DNA of 64,000 bases from Acidobacteriota bacterium (GTDB lineage Bacteria; Acidobacteriota; UBA6911; RPQK01; CBDAPI01). Numbering within the stretch: the stretch's first letter is position 1; each line of letters starts with the position of its first letter. The notes under the pieces are model-generated. The model ran no database searches, was not told the DNA's origin, and saw only the letters and a list, made by a program, of their open reading frames with translations. The stretch is taken from assembly GCA_965248635.1 (NCBI GenBank), contig OZ252114.1, positions 4,751,250 to 4,815,249 of the forward strand, given 5' to 3'. Below are positions 53,461 to 62,777 of this stretch, one piece after another. The translations under genes and the position numbers were made by a program.

Positions 53461-53588
53461 TCAGTTATTGGTTTCTGGTTGCTGGTTACTGATTACTGGT
53501 TACTGGTTAGAAGTTGAAAGTTAAAAGTAGAAGGTTGAAAGTTTAAAGTTCATGGAACCAGGAACCAGGAACCGGTAACCAGTAACCG
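53461..53588. repeat. composite heptamer tandem repeats (CTGGTTA)n-(AAGTTGA)n-(GGAACCA)n
   Basis: Direct reading; reverse-complement counterpart of 41691-41795. Confidence 0.85.
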
Positions 53589-53619
53589 CACGAGCGACAG
53601 CGAGTGCCAGCGAGTCCCA

Positions 53620-54354
53620 ATGCAAAAATATCGACTGTTGATCCATTACCGCGGAACCCAATACGCGGGCTGGCAGGTCCAACCCGACCGCAGAACGATT
53701 CAAGGTGAACTCCAGAAGGCAATCCTCAAAGTCTGCGGCCAGCAGCGTTCAGTCGTCGGGTCCGGGCGCACCGATGCTGGAGTCCACGCGAGGGGACAGG
53801 TCGCTCATTTCAGACTCTCTGAGATGCGGGCACCTGGTAAACTGAGAGCTTCTCTCAATGCGATCCTGCCGGGAGATATTCGGATCATGGGTCTTAGACC
53901 GGCACACGAAGGATTTCACGCCCAGAAAGATGCCCGGCGAAAAGGCTATGAATACAGGATCTACAATGGTCCGGTTCTGTCGCCGTTCCTCTCCGAATGC
54001 GTGCTTCACTTGCGACGGAATCTTGACGTAGGGAGCATGCAGGAGGCCAGCCGCTTGCTGATCGGGCGGCACGATTTTTCAGGACTGACTTCTTCCCGCA
54101 GCACGGTTTCTTCAAAGGTCAGGACTTTGAGCCGTTCGGAGCTTTCGAGGAGAGGGTTCTTCCTGTCCTATCGAGTTGAGGGCGACGGATTCCTTCATCA
54201 CCAGATCCGCAACATAGTCGGAACCCTGCTGGAGGTAGGCACCGGAAAACGGCCGGCCGCAGGCATGGGGCAGATTCTCCACAGCCGCGACCGGAAAACG
54301 GCTGGACCGACTGCCCCGGCCCACGGGCTGTCCCTCGTGAAGGTATGGTATTGA
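53620..54354 (+). CDS. truA: tRNA pseudouridine(38-40) synthase
   Basis: GWQ.Q, GRTDAGVHARGQ, GFL..QIRNIVG, TAPAHGL. Confidence 0.96.
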   Translation: MQKYRLLIHYRGTQYAGWQVQPDRRTIQGELQKAILKVCGQQRSVVGSGRTDAGVHARGQVAHFRLSEMRAPGKLRASLNAILPGDIRIMGLRPAHEGFHAQKDARRKGYEYRIYNGPVLSPFLSECVLHLRRNLDVGSMQEASRLLIGRHDFSGLTSSRSTVSSKVRTLSRSELSRRGFFLSYRVEGDGFLHHQIRNIVGTLLEVGTGKRPAAGMGQILHSRDRKTAGPTAPAHGLSLVKVWY

Positions 54355-54418
54355 CCCTTGGATGAAAGGGAGCGCCTGCGAAAGTCGCCCGGCACCATGA
54401 TAGATTAGGCGTCTCATC

Positions 54419-55207
54419 ATGAATCCCTTAATGGAAGGATTTGAAGGTCTCCTCGACCCCGAAAGTCCTGAAGCGCGACTCATCGAGAGCCTGAGCCCCG
54501 GCCGGCTGCCCGAGCATGTTGCCATCATCATGGACGGCAATGGTCGCTGGGCAGAGCAGCGCCAGTTACCTCGCATCGAAGGGCACCGAGCCGGAGTCAA
54601 GGCCGTCAAGGCCACTGTCGAGTACGCGGCCAGACTTACCATTCCGGTACTCACTCTTTATGCCTTCTCGTCGGAGAACTGGAAACGGCCGGAGAAGGAG
54701 GTGAATACCCTGTGGGGGCTGCTGCGACAGTATCTTCGGTCCGACCTCGCGACCCTGCAGAAGAACAACATCCGTTTTGACACGATCGGACGTACTGGAG
54801 AACTTCCGAGAACGGTAGGGGAACAGCTCAAGTACGTGGCCAGAAAGACCTCTTCCAACACTGGAACCAGGTTGTTTCTGGCTCTCAGCTACGGTGGCCG
54901 CACCGAGCTTGTTGATGCCTTCAATCAACTTCTTCAGAGCGGACTCACAGCTCCAGTAGAGTCTGGAGATATTGAGGCCCACCTCTATACGAGGGGACTT
55001 CCAGATCCCGACCTGTTGATAAGAACCAGTGGCGAAATGCGGATCAGCAACTTTCTTCTCTGGCAGATTGCCTACTCCGAGATCTATGTGACGGATGTGT
55101 TGTGGCCTGATTTCCGAGGGATTCATTTCCTCCAGGCCGTCCAGGAATTTCAGCAGCGGGAGCGCCGTTACGGGGAGGTTACCTCGCCTGCGCTTCAAAA
55201 CGGCTGA
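54419..55207 (+). CDS. uppS: undecaprenyl diphosphate synthase
   Basis: HVAIIMDGNGRWA, FSSENWKRP, RTSGEMRISNFLLWQ. Confidence 0.97.
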   Translation: MNPLMEGFEGLLDPESPEARLIESLSPGRLPEHVAIIMDGNGRWAEQRQLPRIEGHRAGVKAVKATVEYAARLTIPVLTLYAFSSENWKRPEKEVNTLWGLLRQYLRSDLATLQKNNIRFDTIGRTGELPRTVGEQLKYVARKTSSNTGTRLFLALSYGGRTELVDAFNQLLQSGLTAPVESGDIEAHLYTRGLPDPDLLIRTSGEMRISNFLLWQIAYSEIYVTDVLWPDFRGIHFLQAVQEFQQRERRYGEVTSPALQNG

Positions 55208-56004
55208 TGGGTGTTCGACTGGCAGTAGCGGTCGTGCTGATCCCGACGGTTCTGCTAACGCTGTGCCTGGGCCCGCTCTGGTTGTGGATCCTTCTGCTGG
55301 AGGTCTTTCTGGTTGCATCTCTGTGGGAGTTCTTCCGGCTTCTGGACAGCTATTCTCTTGGTGGCTTTGAAATCACTGCCGTGGCAACTGCAGTATCGCC
55401 GATTGTGTGGGCCGTTTTCAGTCCCTACCTTCTGGTTTTCCTGCTGGCTGTCCCAGTTCTCCTCCTGGCAAGGTCCTCTTGGGAAGGCACAGCCGAGGGG
55501 CGTCTGCTGCCTCGGGCCGGGGCCAACATTCTCTGCTTTTTCTACCTGGGGATTCCCTTCTCGCTGCCGATCTTGCTGCGCGAATCGGAGCGCGCGACCG
55601 GCCAGTGCCAGGAACTGGTTTTTGTCCTGTTCTGTGTGTGGCTGTCCGACAGTGCCGGATTCTTTGTAGGCCGTAAGATCGGCCGTCACAAGGTGATCCC
55701 TGGAATCTCTGCGAACAAGTCGATGGAGGGTTTCGCCGCGGCTCTGATCGCACCTTGCCTGGGCGCGGTCCTCCTGTATCCGCTGCTCCTTTCCGGCCAG
55801 CCCACCGTGCCAGCCGCCATTCTTGGCAGCCTGATTGGCGCCGCCGCGATCGCGGGAGACCTCTTCGAGTCTTTTCTCAAGAGAAGAGCTGGAATCAAGG
55901 ATTCTTCCGCCCTCATACCTGGGCATGGGGGCGTCCTGGACAGGATGGACAGCTTGCTCTTTGCCCTACCCTGCTATTACTTTCTCCAAAGAGTGCTGGC
56001 CTAG
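55207..56004 (+). CDS. cdsA: phosphatidate cytidylyltransferase
   Basis: GDLFESFLKRRAGIKDS..LIPGHGGVLDRMDS. Confidence 0.95.
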   Translation: MGVRLAVAVVLIPTVLLTLCLGPLWLWILLLEVFLVASLWEFFRLLDSYSLGGFEITAVATAVSPIVWAVFSPYLLVFLLAVPVLLLARSSWEGTAEGRLLPRAGANILCFFYLGIPFSLPILLRESERATGQCQELVFVLFCVWLSDSAGFFVGRKIGRHKVIPGISANKSMEGFAAALIAPCLGAVLLYPLLLSGQPTVPAAILGSLIGAAAIAGDLFESFLKRRAGIKDSSALIPGHGGVLDRMDSLLFALPCYYFLQRVLA

Positions 56005-56015
56005 TTGGGGCAATC

Positions 56016-57173
56016 ATGAAAAGTCTCTCCATTCTGGGTTCGACCGGGTCCATCGGCCAAAGCACCCTCAGTCTTGTCGATCTCTACCCGGAGCGATTTC
56101 GGGTCGCGGCTCTGACAGCCGGGCGTAACAGCCGGTTGCTTCTCCAACAAATCGAGAGGTATCGTCCGGGCCTGGTCGCAGTGGATGACGCTGCAGCCGC
56201 GGAGGAGGTGCGGCGGGAACTGACCGGTGTTGAAGTCCTGGAAGGAGTGGAAGGTGTCTCCCGAGCGGCCACTCTGGATGAAACGGATACGGTCGTGGCC
56301 GCCATTTCGGGTTTCTCCGGTCTGGTGCCCACCTGCAGGGCCCTGGAGTCTGGAAAACAGGTGGCTCTGGCAAACAAAGAGACACTGGTGGCGGCCGGAG
56401 ACTTCATGCAGGAAGTGATGTCCAGCAGCGGAGGCAACATCATCCCTGTGGACAGCGAACACAATGCACTGCATCAATGCCTCCGCGGCGCTCGTTCTAA
56501 GACTGAGATTGCGAGACTGGTTCTCACCGCATCCGGAGGCCCATTCCTGCACCGGCCCAGAGAGTCCTTCCAGGAGATCACGAGGAATGAGGCTCTGGAT
56601 CATCCTACCTGGCAAATGGGGCCCAAGATCACCGTTGACTCCGCCACTATGATGAACAAGGGGCTGGAAGTGATTGAAGCCCATCATCTCTTTGGAATTG
56701 ACGCTGATCAGATCGCTGTCGCTGTCCATCCCCAATCCGTTGTTCATTCGATGGTCGAGTTCATCGATGGGACCCTGGTCGCTCAACTGAGCATAACCGA
56801 CATGAGATCGGCTCTTCTGTACGCTCTCTCCTATCCGGAACGCTGGGAATCGCGACTCCCTCGCATGGATCTGTTTTCCCTCCCGAAGCTGGAGTTCCTG
56901 GAGCCCGACCTGGAAAGGTTCCCGTGCATCAGGCTCGCCTATGAGGCCCTCAGGCAAGGAGCAAGCTATCCGGCAGCATTGAACGCCGCCAATGAAATCG
57001 CAGTGGAAGGTTTTCTGGGCGACCGCCTTGGTTTCTCTCAAATTCCGGAAGTCTCCAGGCGGGTCCTTCAATCTCACCGGCCCCGCCCCATCGATGGCAT
57101 CGGGATCGTCCTGGAAGTTGACGGAGATTCGCGGGAAGAAGCCCGGCGCGTGGTGGATACTCTGCTAGAATGA
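56016..57173 (+). CDS. dxr: 1-deoxy-D-xylulose-5-phosphate reductoisomerase
   Basis: LGSTGSIG, LANKE, PVDSEH, HPTWQMGPKITVDSATMMNKGLE. Confidence 0.97.
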   Translation: MKSLSILGSTGSIGQSTLSLVDLYPERFRVAALTAGRNSRLLLQQIERYRPGLVAVDDAAAAEEVRRELTGVEVLEGVEGVSRAATLDETDTVVAAISGFSGLVPTCRALESGKQVALANKETLVAAGDFMQEVMSSSGGNIIPVDSEHNALHQCLRGARSKTEIARLVLTASGGPFLHRPRESFQEITRNEALDHPTWQMGPKITVDSATMMNKGLEVIEAHHLFGIDADQIAVAVHPQSVVHSMVEFIDGTLVAQLSITDMRSALLYALSYPERWESRLPRMDLFSLPKLEFLEPDLERFPCIRLAYEALRQGASYPAALNAANEIAVEGFLGDRLGFSQIPEVSRRVLQSHRPRPIDGIGIVLEVDGDSREEARRVVDTLLE

Positions 57174-57250
57174 ATTGAAACATCAGGGGTTCTCTTGACG
57201 TCCACCCTGGCAGAAAAGATTGAATCGGTGACTATTGAGGAGTTGAACTG

Positions 57251-58570
57251 GTGACCATTTCGTCACTTGCCATCTATGTTCTGGCGTTCATGTTTGTGCT
57301 GGGAGTCCTGATCTTCATCCACGAACTGGGACATTTCCTGGTGGCCCGTTTCTTCGGAATTGGGGTCCATGTTTTCTCACTGGGATTCGGTAAGCGGCTG
57401 GTCGGATTTCGCCGTGGAGACACTGACTACCGGCTCAGCATGATTCCACTGGGCGGGTACGTCAAGATGGCCGGGGAAAACCCTGATGAAGAGCTCACCG
57501 GTTCGCCCGAGGAGTTCCTTTCCCGACCCAAGATGGAACGGTTCTGGGTCGCCGTGGCTGGTCCTGTCATGAATCTGGTGATGGCTGTCGTTCTGTTGGC
57601 GGTCACGTTCATGATTGGCCAGGAGGTCCTCGAGTACCTGGGCCACGCTCCGACCATTGCAGCCGTTGCTCCCGATTCCCCGGCCCTGCTGGCCGGCCTT
57701 CAGGCCGGCGACACGATCGCTTCGGTGGACGGAAAGAAGACACCGACCTGGAAGGAAGCAGAGTTCCGCATCGCTATCAATCCCAAGCGGACGCTTGACA
57801 TAGAGTTCGTGCGCGATGGCGCTGAGATGCGCACCAGTGTGACAACCGAAGGGACCTCCGACGGGCGCGGATGGATCGGCGTCAGCCCCTTCCTTCCCTA
57901 TCTCGTGAGCGATGTCATCACTGACTCTGCTGCTGAAAAAGCCGGCGTCCGCCAGGGCGATGAGATTGTTGCCGTCTATGATAACGGGGAGCGTCACGAA
58001 GGATTTTCAGCTATCGCCAAGGTAGTCAGGGCTTCTCAGGGAGCTCCCCTGGTCTTTGACATCCGCAGGGATGGAGCAGTGACCTCCCAGACGATTGCAC
58101 CCGAAATCACCAGCGAGGGACCCCGGCTCGGAGCATACGTCCAATACGAGACCCGCGAGCAACAACTGGGTCCGGTTGAGGCTTTCCAGCGGTCCCTCGG
58201 GGACAACTTCGAAATGGCGGTCCTGACCTTCGTCACTGTGGGCCGGCTCGTTACCGGGAACTCTTCCATGAAGCAGCTTTCCGGACCCATCGAGATCGCC
58301 AAGTTTTCAGGCAGGGCGGCGATCCTGGGCCTGGTTCCACTGCTCGGTCTGATGGCCGTGATCTCTCTGCAACTGGGACTTTTGAACCTGCTTCCGATCC
58401 CGATCCTGGATGGTGGCCTGATCGCGCTACTGGCCGTGGAGGGTTTGATGGGACGAGACCTCAGCCTGGAAATGAAGGAGCGAATCTTCAAAGTAGGGTT
58501 CGTTTTCATCGTCCTGCTGATGGGAGTTGTGCTGTTCAACGATCTGGCCAAGAACCTGTCCGGGTTCTAG
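57251..58570 (+). CDS. rseP: RIP metalloprotease RseP
   Basis: HELGH, two PDZ domains, NLLPIPILDGG. Confidence 0.96.
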   Translation: MTISSLAIYVLAFMFVLGVLIFIHELGHFLVARFFGIGVHVFSLGFGKRLVGFRRGDTDYRLSMIPLGGYVKMAGENPDEELTGSPEEFLSRPKMERFWVAVAGPVMNLVMAVVLLAVTFMIGQEVLEYLGHAPTIAAVAPDSPALLAGLQAGDTIASVDGKKTPTWKEAEFRIAINPKRTLDIEFVRDGAEMRTSVTTEGTSDGRGWIGVSPFLPYLVSDVITDSAAEKAGVRQGDEIVAVYDNGERHEGFSAIAKVVRASQGAPLVFDIRRDGAVTSQTIAPEITSEGPRLGAYVQYETREQQLGPVEAFQRSLGDNFEMAVLTFVTVGRLVTGNSSMKQLSGPIEIAKFSGRAAILGLVPLLGLMAVISLQLGLLNLLPIPILDGGLIALLAVEGLMGRDLSLEMKERIFKVGFVFIVLLMGVVLFNDLAKNLSGF

Positions 58571-58576
58571 ATCCCC

Positions 58577-58646
58577 AGAGCGGGAGAGGGCTCAGGGCTA
58601 CGGCCGGGAATTTAAACGTTCTCCGCCCTGAGCCCTCTCCCGCTCT
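58577..58646. repeat. REP/REPIN-like hairpin, copy 5 (inverted orientation)
   Basis: AGAGCGGGAGAGGGCTCAGGGC..CGGGAATTTAAACGT..GCCCTGAGCCCTCTCCCGCTCT. Confidence 0.88.
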
Positions 58647-58713
58647 TCATACTTGCTACCGGAACCACGAAACACGAAAGTGGGTCTCAACTCGGAGGCT
58701 CAGGAAACGTCAA

Positions 58714-58786
58714 GAGAGTGGGAGGAGTCCTGGGGCGGCGCGACGTTTAAATTCCCGAGCGCCGCCCCAGGGCTCCTCCCACTCTC
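58714..58786. repeat. REP/REPIN-like hairpin, copy 6
   Basis: Nearly identical to copy 2, including flanks GAAACGTC and AATCCACCACAA. Confidence 0.9.
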
Positions 58787-58807
58787 GGAATCCACCACAA
58801 CAGTCTC

Positions 58808-60079
58808 CTACTTTGAGACGTCCGGGACGGCAGGAGCACTTCCTTGCGGGCATAGCTGTTCGAACACCAGCTTCAGATACTCCTCGCATTCGATCTGTAA
58901 CAGCGAACCTCGCCCGCACGCCCGCTCACCGTAGGCGTCCACATCGTCCTGCTCGATCGAGTCATGGGCGAGAACAACTGGGAAAAGATCGTGAGAGTGC
59001 TCGCGAACCGCGCAGGGAGTCGAATGATCGGCCGCCAGTCCGATGATCAGAGCAGGAGCCGTTTTCCTTGCCTCTTCCAGGATTGGACCCAGCATCCGGT
59101 CTGTCCTTTCGATGAACGCGCTCTTGGCCTGAGCGTCCCCGGCGTGCCCGGCGATGTCACAACCCTTGAGGTGCAGGAAAGTGAGATCGTTCCGCCGGAT
59201 CGAGTCGAGAGTCAGCCCCGCTTTTACTTCCAGATCCGTATCCAGATTGGCGGTGAGCTGTGGGCCCGTGATGGCCTCCAGTCCTGAGAGTCGAGCCATT
59301 CCGATAACCGTAGATTCCCCGCTCACAGCGGCGATTCTCAGGCCTGTCTCCGACCGCATATTCTTGAACGGTAGTCGGTTACCGGCTGCGCGAGTCAGGA
59401 TCCCGTTCGCTTGAGGCAATCCCTGCCGGATTCTCGTGACATTGACGGGATGATCCGAGAGAACAGGGCGGGCTTCTTCGCTGAGCCGATTCAAAACAAG
59501 GGCCGTTCTCACGGCTCCCGGTGTATCCTCGGTCGGTCTCACCACCTGGATCTCCGCTCCTCCACCACCACCCGGATCGGAATCGCTGACTCCAGAAGAC
59601 AGCCCTGCACCGCGCATCACCAGGACGCCTCGGTGTTCCGTGGCCGCAAAAAACCGGAGCTTGACCGAACCGATGGCCCCGATGCCATTCAGGGAAGCCA
59701 CCAGTTGATCGGTTCCCTCTCGAATCCGGCCGGCACGTCGGTCCACAATCTGACCTTCCCTACCCAGAGTGGAGAAATTGAACCTGAGGGCAATCTCGTT
59801 GGCCTCCAGTTCGACCCCGACGCCGGCGGCCTCTGCGGGCCCGCGCGCGTACTGATTGTCCCTGAAGTCCTGGCCAAACCAGCCCAGATGTCCCACGTCC
59901 GTTCCAATGCGACCGTCCGGACCGAAGATGCCCATCATTCCGGTACGCCCCCGCCAAGCGAGGAGGTCCATGACCGGAGTCGTGGCCGCCTCCAGCGGAG
60001 TCCTTCCCTGCAGCTCAGCCAGCGGCCGGTCTCCCAGTCCATCCTGGATCAGGATCAGAGCCCGCGCACTCCCTGTCAT
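58808..60079 (-). CDS. apgM: ApgM-family cofactor-independent phosphoglycerate mutase (archaeal type)
   Basis: DGLGDRP...TPLEAA.TP.MD, VDRRAGRI, EHRG, SDSDP, HLKGCDIAGH, ADHSTP...HS. Confidence 0.85.
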   Translation of the reverse strand: MTGSARALILIQDGLGDRPLAELQGRTPLEAATTPVMDLLAWRGRTGMMGIFGPDGRIGTDVGHLGWFGQDFRDNQYARGPAEAAGVGVELEANEIALRFNFSTLGREGQIVDRRAGRIREGTDQLVASLNGIGAIGSVKLRFFAATEHRGVLVMRGAGLSSGVSDSDPGGGGGAEIQVVRPTEDTPGAVRTALVLNRLSEEARPVLSDHPVNVTRIRQGLPQANGILTRAAGNRLPFKNMRSETGLRIAAVSGESTVIGMARLSGLEAITGPQLTANLDTDLEVKAGLTLDSIRRNDLTFLHLKGCDIAGHAGDAQAKSAFIERTDRMLGPILEEARKTAPALIIGLAADHSTPCAVREHSHDLFPVVLAHDSIEQDDVDAYGERACGRGSLLQIECEEYLKLVFEQLCPQGSAPAVPDVSK

Positions 60080-60195
60080 GAGTCAGATACCCTCCACAGA
60101 CGGGTCTCAGGAGATAGCATCACAGAGGGGGGGGGCAACAAACATCAGCGTAGCGATGGAAGGATCCGTGGGACTTCCGCCACGGGCTGCTAGTA

Positions 60196-61359
60196 CTAGA
60201 GGGCTCGCTCGACAAGTTTCTCTCCTTCCAAATCGAGCTGCACCCGCAAGTCGTCCGTGATGGTCTTGATGAGTTCCGGAACAGATCGCTCCGGATCCTC
60301 GTTCTCGATGATCGAAATGTCGTGACCGTGGGCCATCTCCAGGAAGTAGTCTTGAATCTGAAGAATGGCGTCGATGTTCTCGAGATACTTGTCGGGTGAG
60401 CGGTTCTTTTGCCGAGAGGAGCGCAGGGGGAATCTTTGCGCATATGCATCGGGGTCCAGATTGGCCAGAACTACATGAACACAGTAGGCCCTGGTCCGAA
60501 GGCGCTCATAGTTGAGAAGACCAGGAACCAGGTGGACTCCCTCAATGACCAGGTTATGATTCTCTTTCGCCGCCCGATCTACCAGAGCGGTGACTCCCAC
60601 ATTGACCCGATGACTCTGTTCTACGAAAGCACCAATCACGGCTTCGGAAGAAGTCTCGCCCGTCCAGCCCTTCCATGCCTCGTACGACGAGTAGTGGAGA
60701 GTGGGAAGCAGGTCGCGCGAAAACATCATTCTCATGATCTCACGAACACTGTCCGTCGTTACCACTCGCTCAATTCCAAGAAGGTGGGCAACTTCCGAGC
60801 CCAGAGATGTCTTTCCGGCTCCACTCGACCCACCAAACAGCAGCACCACGGGTTTGTTGGAGAAACGGGCGTAGCGCCACACCAGATACCGCTCCGAAGG
60901 CTCCTGGCCGTGGGCCTCGAGCAACTGCGAGTAGACGATTCTTCTCAGCTTCTTGCAACTGATCGTCTTCTTCTTTTCGCTCAGTAGCCTTTCTTGAATC
61001 TCGAGTGCAGTCGAGTAACCGACTGAAGGATCGAGGCCGGCCGCACTAAGAGAGCGAGACAGGATGCCCTTACTGAAGGGGACGTTCTCCTCGCCCTCGA
61101 CGAAAATCACATCCGGGAGTACCGACGGCCGGGCAGACGAGGCCGCACCGTATTTCTCTTCGAGAATCGAGTCGACTGTCTCGCGAAGTTGCTTACGAGA
61201 CACCTCACCTTCCTTTTGGAAGCGGTCCCGAACTGTGTTTGCGATTCCGTACGCGTCCTTGAAGCTCAGTCCGCGCTTGAGAAGCGAATGGGTCAACACG
61301 CCCCGGAGAAAAGGTGCTCGCGCTTCGCCTTCGACCACCTGTAGGGAGTACTTGGCCAT
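60196..61359 (-). CDS. 2-phosphoglycerate kinase-like protein with two ATP-cone domains
   Basis: Tandem PF.RG.L..SL cones, P-loop GGSSGAGKT, TDSVREIMR, LH.SSY.AW, IEGVHLVPG. Confidence 0.82.
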   Translation of the reverse strand: MAKYSLQVVEGEARAPFLRGVLTHSLLKRGLSFKDAYGIANTVRDRFQKEGEVSRKQLRETVDSILEEKYGAASSARPSVLPDVIFVEGEENVPFSKGILSRSLSAAGLDPSVGYSTALEIQERLLSEKKKTISCKKLRRIVYSQLLEAHGQEPSERYLVWRYARFSNKPVVLLFGGSSGAGKTSLGSEVAHLLGIERVVTTDSVREIMRMMFSRDLLPTLHYSSYEAWKGWTGETSSEAVIGAFVEQSHRVNVGVTALVDRAAKENHNLVIEGVHLVPGLLNYERLRTRAYCVHVVLANLDPDAYAQRFPLRSSRQKNRSPDKYLENIDAILQIQDYFLEMAHGHDISIIENEDPERSVPELIKTITDDLRVQLDLEGEKLVERAL

Positions 61360-61463
61360 GCTAAGTTCCTGCTCTGCGGGAAAGAGGTCACGGATGGAGT
61401 GGAAGCGAGAACAGAGAGGTCAGGATCGATTCATCGATCCTGACCTCCGCGAGTTGAACTTCT

Positions 61464-61805
61464 TCACCCTGAACAGGACGCGAGAGCGTCCTGTTCGTTC
61501 TCGTAGGAATCGAAAACGGTCAGCAGTTTCGTGATGGCGAGGAGTTCATTCAGCTTCTTTGTAAGACTCAGAAGCTTCAGCTGCCCTCCCTGATTGGAAA
61601 CTGTTGTAAAGGAACTCACGAGTTCTCCGATCCCCGAACTGTCAACGTAGCTCACATCGCCCAGATTCAGCAGTATGTCCTTTTTCCCTGCCTGGAGAAG
61701 CTCACGCACCATGTTTCGGACTTCAGCGCTTCCCTCGCCGATCGTTATCTTGCCGTGAATGTCAAGAATCGTGACAGGACCCGACGTGCGCGTCTCAATG
61801 GTCAT
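61464..61805 (-). CDS. STAS-domain anti-sigma factor antagonist
   Basis: [17 protein letters not shown]. Confidence 0.92.
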   Translation of the reverse strand: MTIETRTSGPVTILDIHGKITIGEGSAEVRNMVRELLQAGKKDILLNLGDVSYVDSSGIGELVSSFTTVSNQGGQLKLLSLTKKLNELLAITKLLTVFDSYENEQDALASCSG

Positions 61806-62238
61806 TTGAATCTCCTTTTGTGTGGTTTAGCCGCTTTTCCATACGCATTTCCCAACCGCCTTCAGGCAAGCGTCGGTATCTCACATCGTCCATGAAAGAC
61901 CGCACATAGAAGATGCCTCGCCCGCTCGGCTTGAGAATGTTGCCAGGCTCCAGTGGATCCGGAAGCTGACCTTCGTCAAAGCCCCCTCCCTCGTCCTGAA
62001 CGCATATAATCAGGCGATCATTCGAGATCTTGAACCGAACCCCAACCCTCTTGGCTGCATCCCGGCTATTGCCGTGCATGATGGCATTCGTCACGGACTC
62101 TCGGACGGACAGGCTCACCCAATAGCGCCCATCCTCGTCGAAGCCGACCATGCGGCTGATGCTCTCGGAAATGTCCTGAACCAGCTCCAAGAAGCAAAGT
62201 TCACTTCCAAAGGACAGTTCTATTTTGCCTGATCGCAA
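61795..62238 (-). CDS. anti-sigma factor Ser/Thr kinase (RsbW-like HATPase)
   Basis: [30 protein letters not shown]. Confidence 0.9.
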   Translation of the reverse strand: MRSGKIELSFGSELCFLELVQDISESISRMVGFDEDGRYWVSLSVRESVTNAIMHGNSRDAAKRVGVRFKISNDRLIICVQDEGGGFDEGQLPDPLEPGNILKPSGRGIFYVRSFMDDVRYRRLPEGGWEMRMEKRLNHTKGDSNDH

Positions 62239-62281
62239 TCCGATGCCGATCTTTCAAGCCTCCGAAAGTCCATGAATCATA

Positions 62282-62616
62282 CTAGAACAGCTTCCTGCTG
62301 TCGATCAGTATAGTCAAGGGTCCCCGGTTTACCGACTCAACCGTCATGTTGGCACCGAACACGCCGGTCCGAACCTCCAGACCGGAAGCTCGCAGCATCT
62401 CCAGGGTCTGGGCAAAGAGCTCGGCCCCCCGGGGAGGCTTCTCCGCATCAATGAAACTCGGGCGGTGGCCCCGGCGACAGTCTCCGTGCAGCGTGAATTG
62501 AGATATCACCAGCAGGGCACCTCCGGTGTCACATACGGAACGATTCATCTCCCCTTGTCGTCCTCGAAGATCCTCAGGTTCAGAATCTTGCGAGTCAAGT
62601 ACTCAGTGTAGCTCAT
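62282..62616 (-). pseudogene. dtd: D-aminoacyl-tRNA deacylase remnant (5'-truncated and frameshifted)
   Basis: YLTRKILNLRIFEDDKG / MNRSV...SQFTL.GD.R.G.RPSF...GVFGA.M.V..N.GP; 1-nt loss near 62550; N-terminal QRV segment absent. Confidence 0.75.
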
Positions 62617-62682
62617 TCGAGTAAAGGGCCTTGCTCTCTTCCCCCGGGCTCCCGCCAGGGGGGTTACGGCACTACGTCTTAT

Positions 62683-62736
62683 GTTCACTCTTTCTTCACT
62701 TTTTTTCTTGACTTTTCACCTTTGTTTCACCATAGT
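62683..62736 (+). promoter_or_regulatory. lexA promoter with two candidate LexA boxes (TTCAC-N6-TTCAC)
   Basis: TTGACT (62708)-17 bp-CATAGT (62731); direct repeats at 62684-62699 and 62715-62730. Confidence 0.65.
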
Positions 62737-62777
62737 GGTGCGGTGGGTTCCACCGTTGGGGCCCCGGGAGGACGAGA

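Noticed and set aside
55755-56015. N-terminal extension of Dxr shown in the ORF track
   Set aside because: It overlaps cdsA; Dxr similarity starts at the ATG at 56016.
6383-58786. Hairpin repeats as a CRISPR array or integron attC sites
   Set aside because: They are dispersed rather than regularly spaced; there are no cas genes or integrase and no RYYYAAC/GTTRRRY ends.
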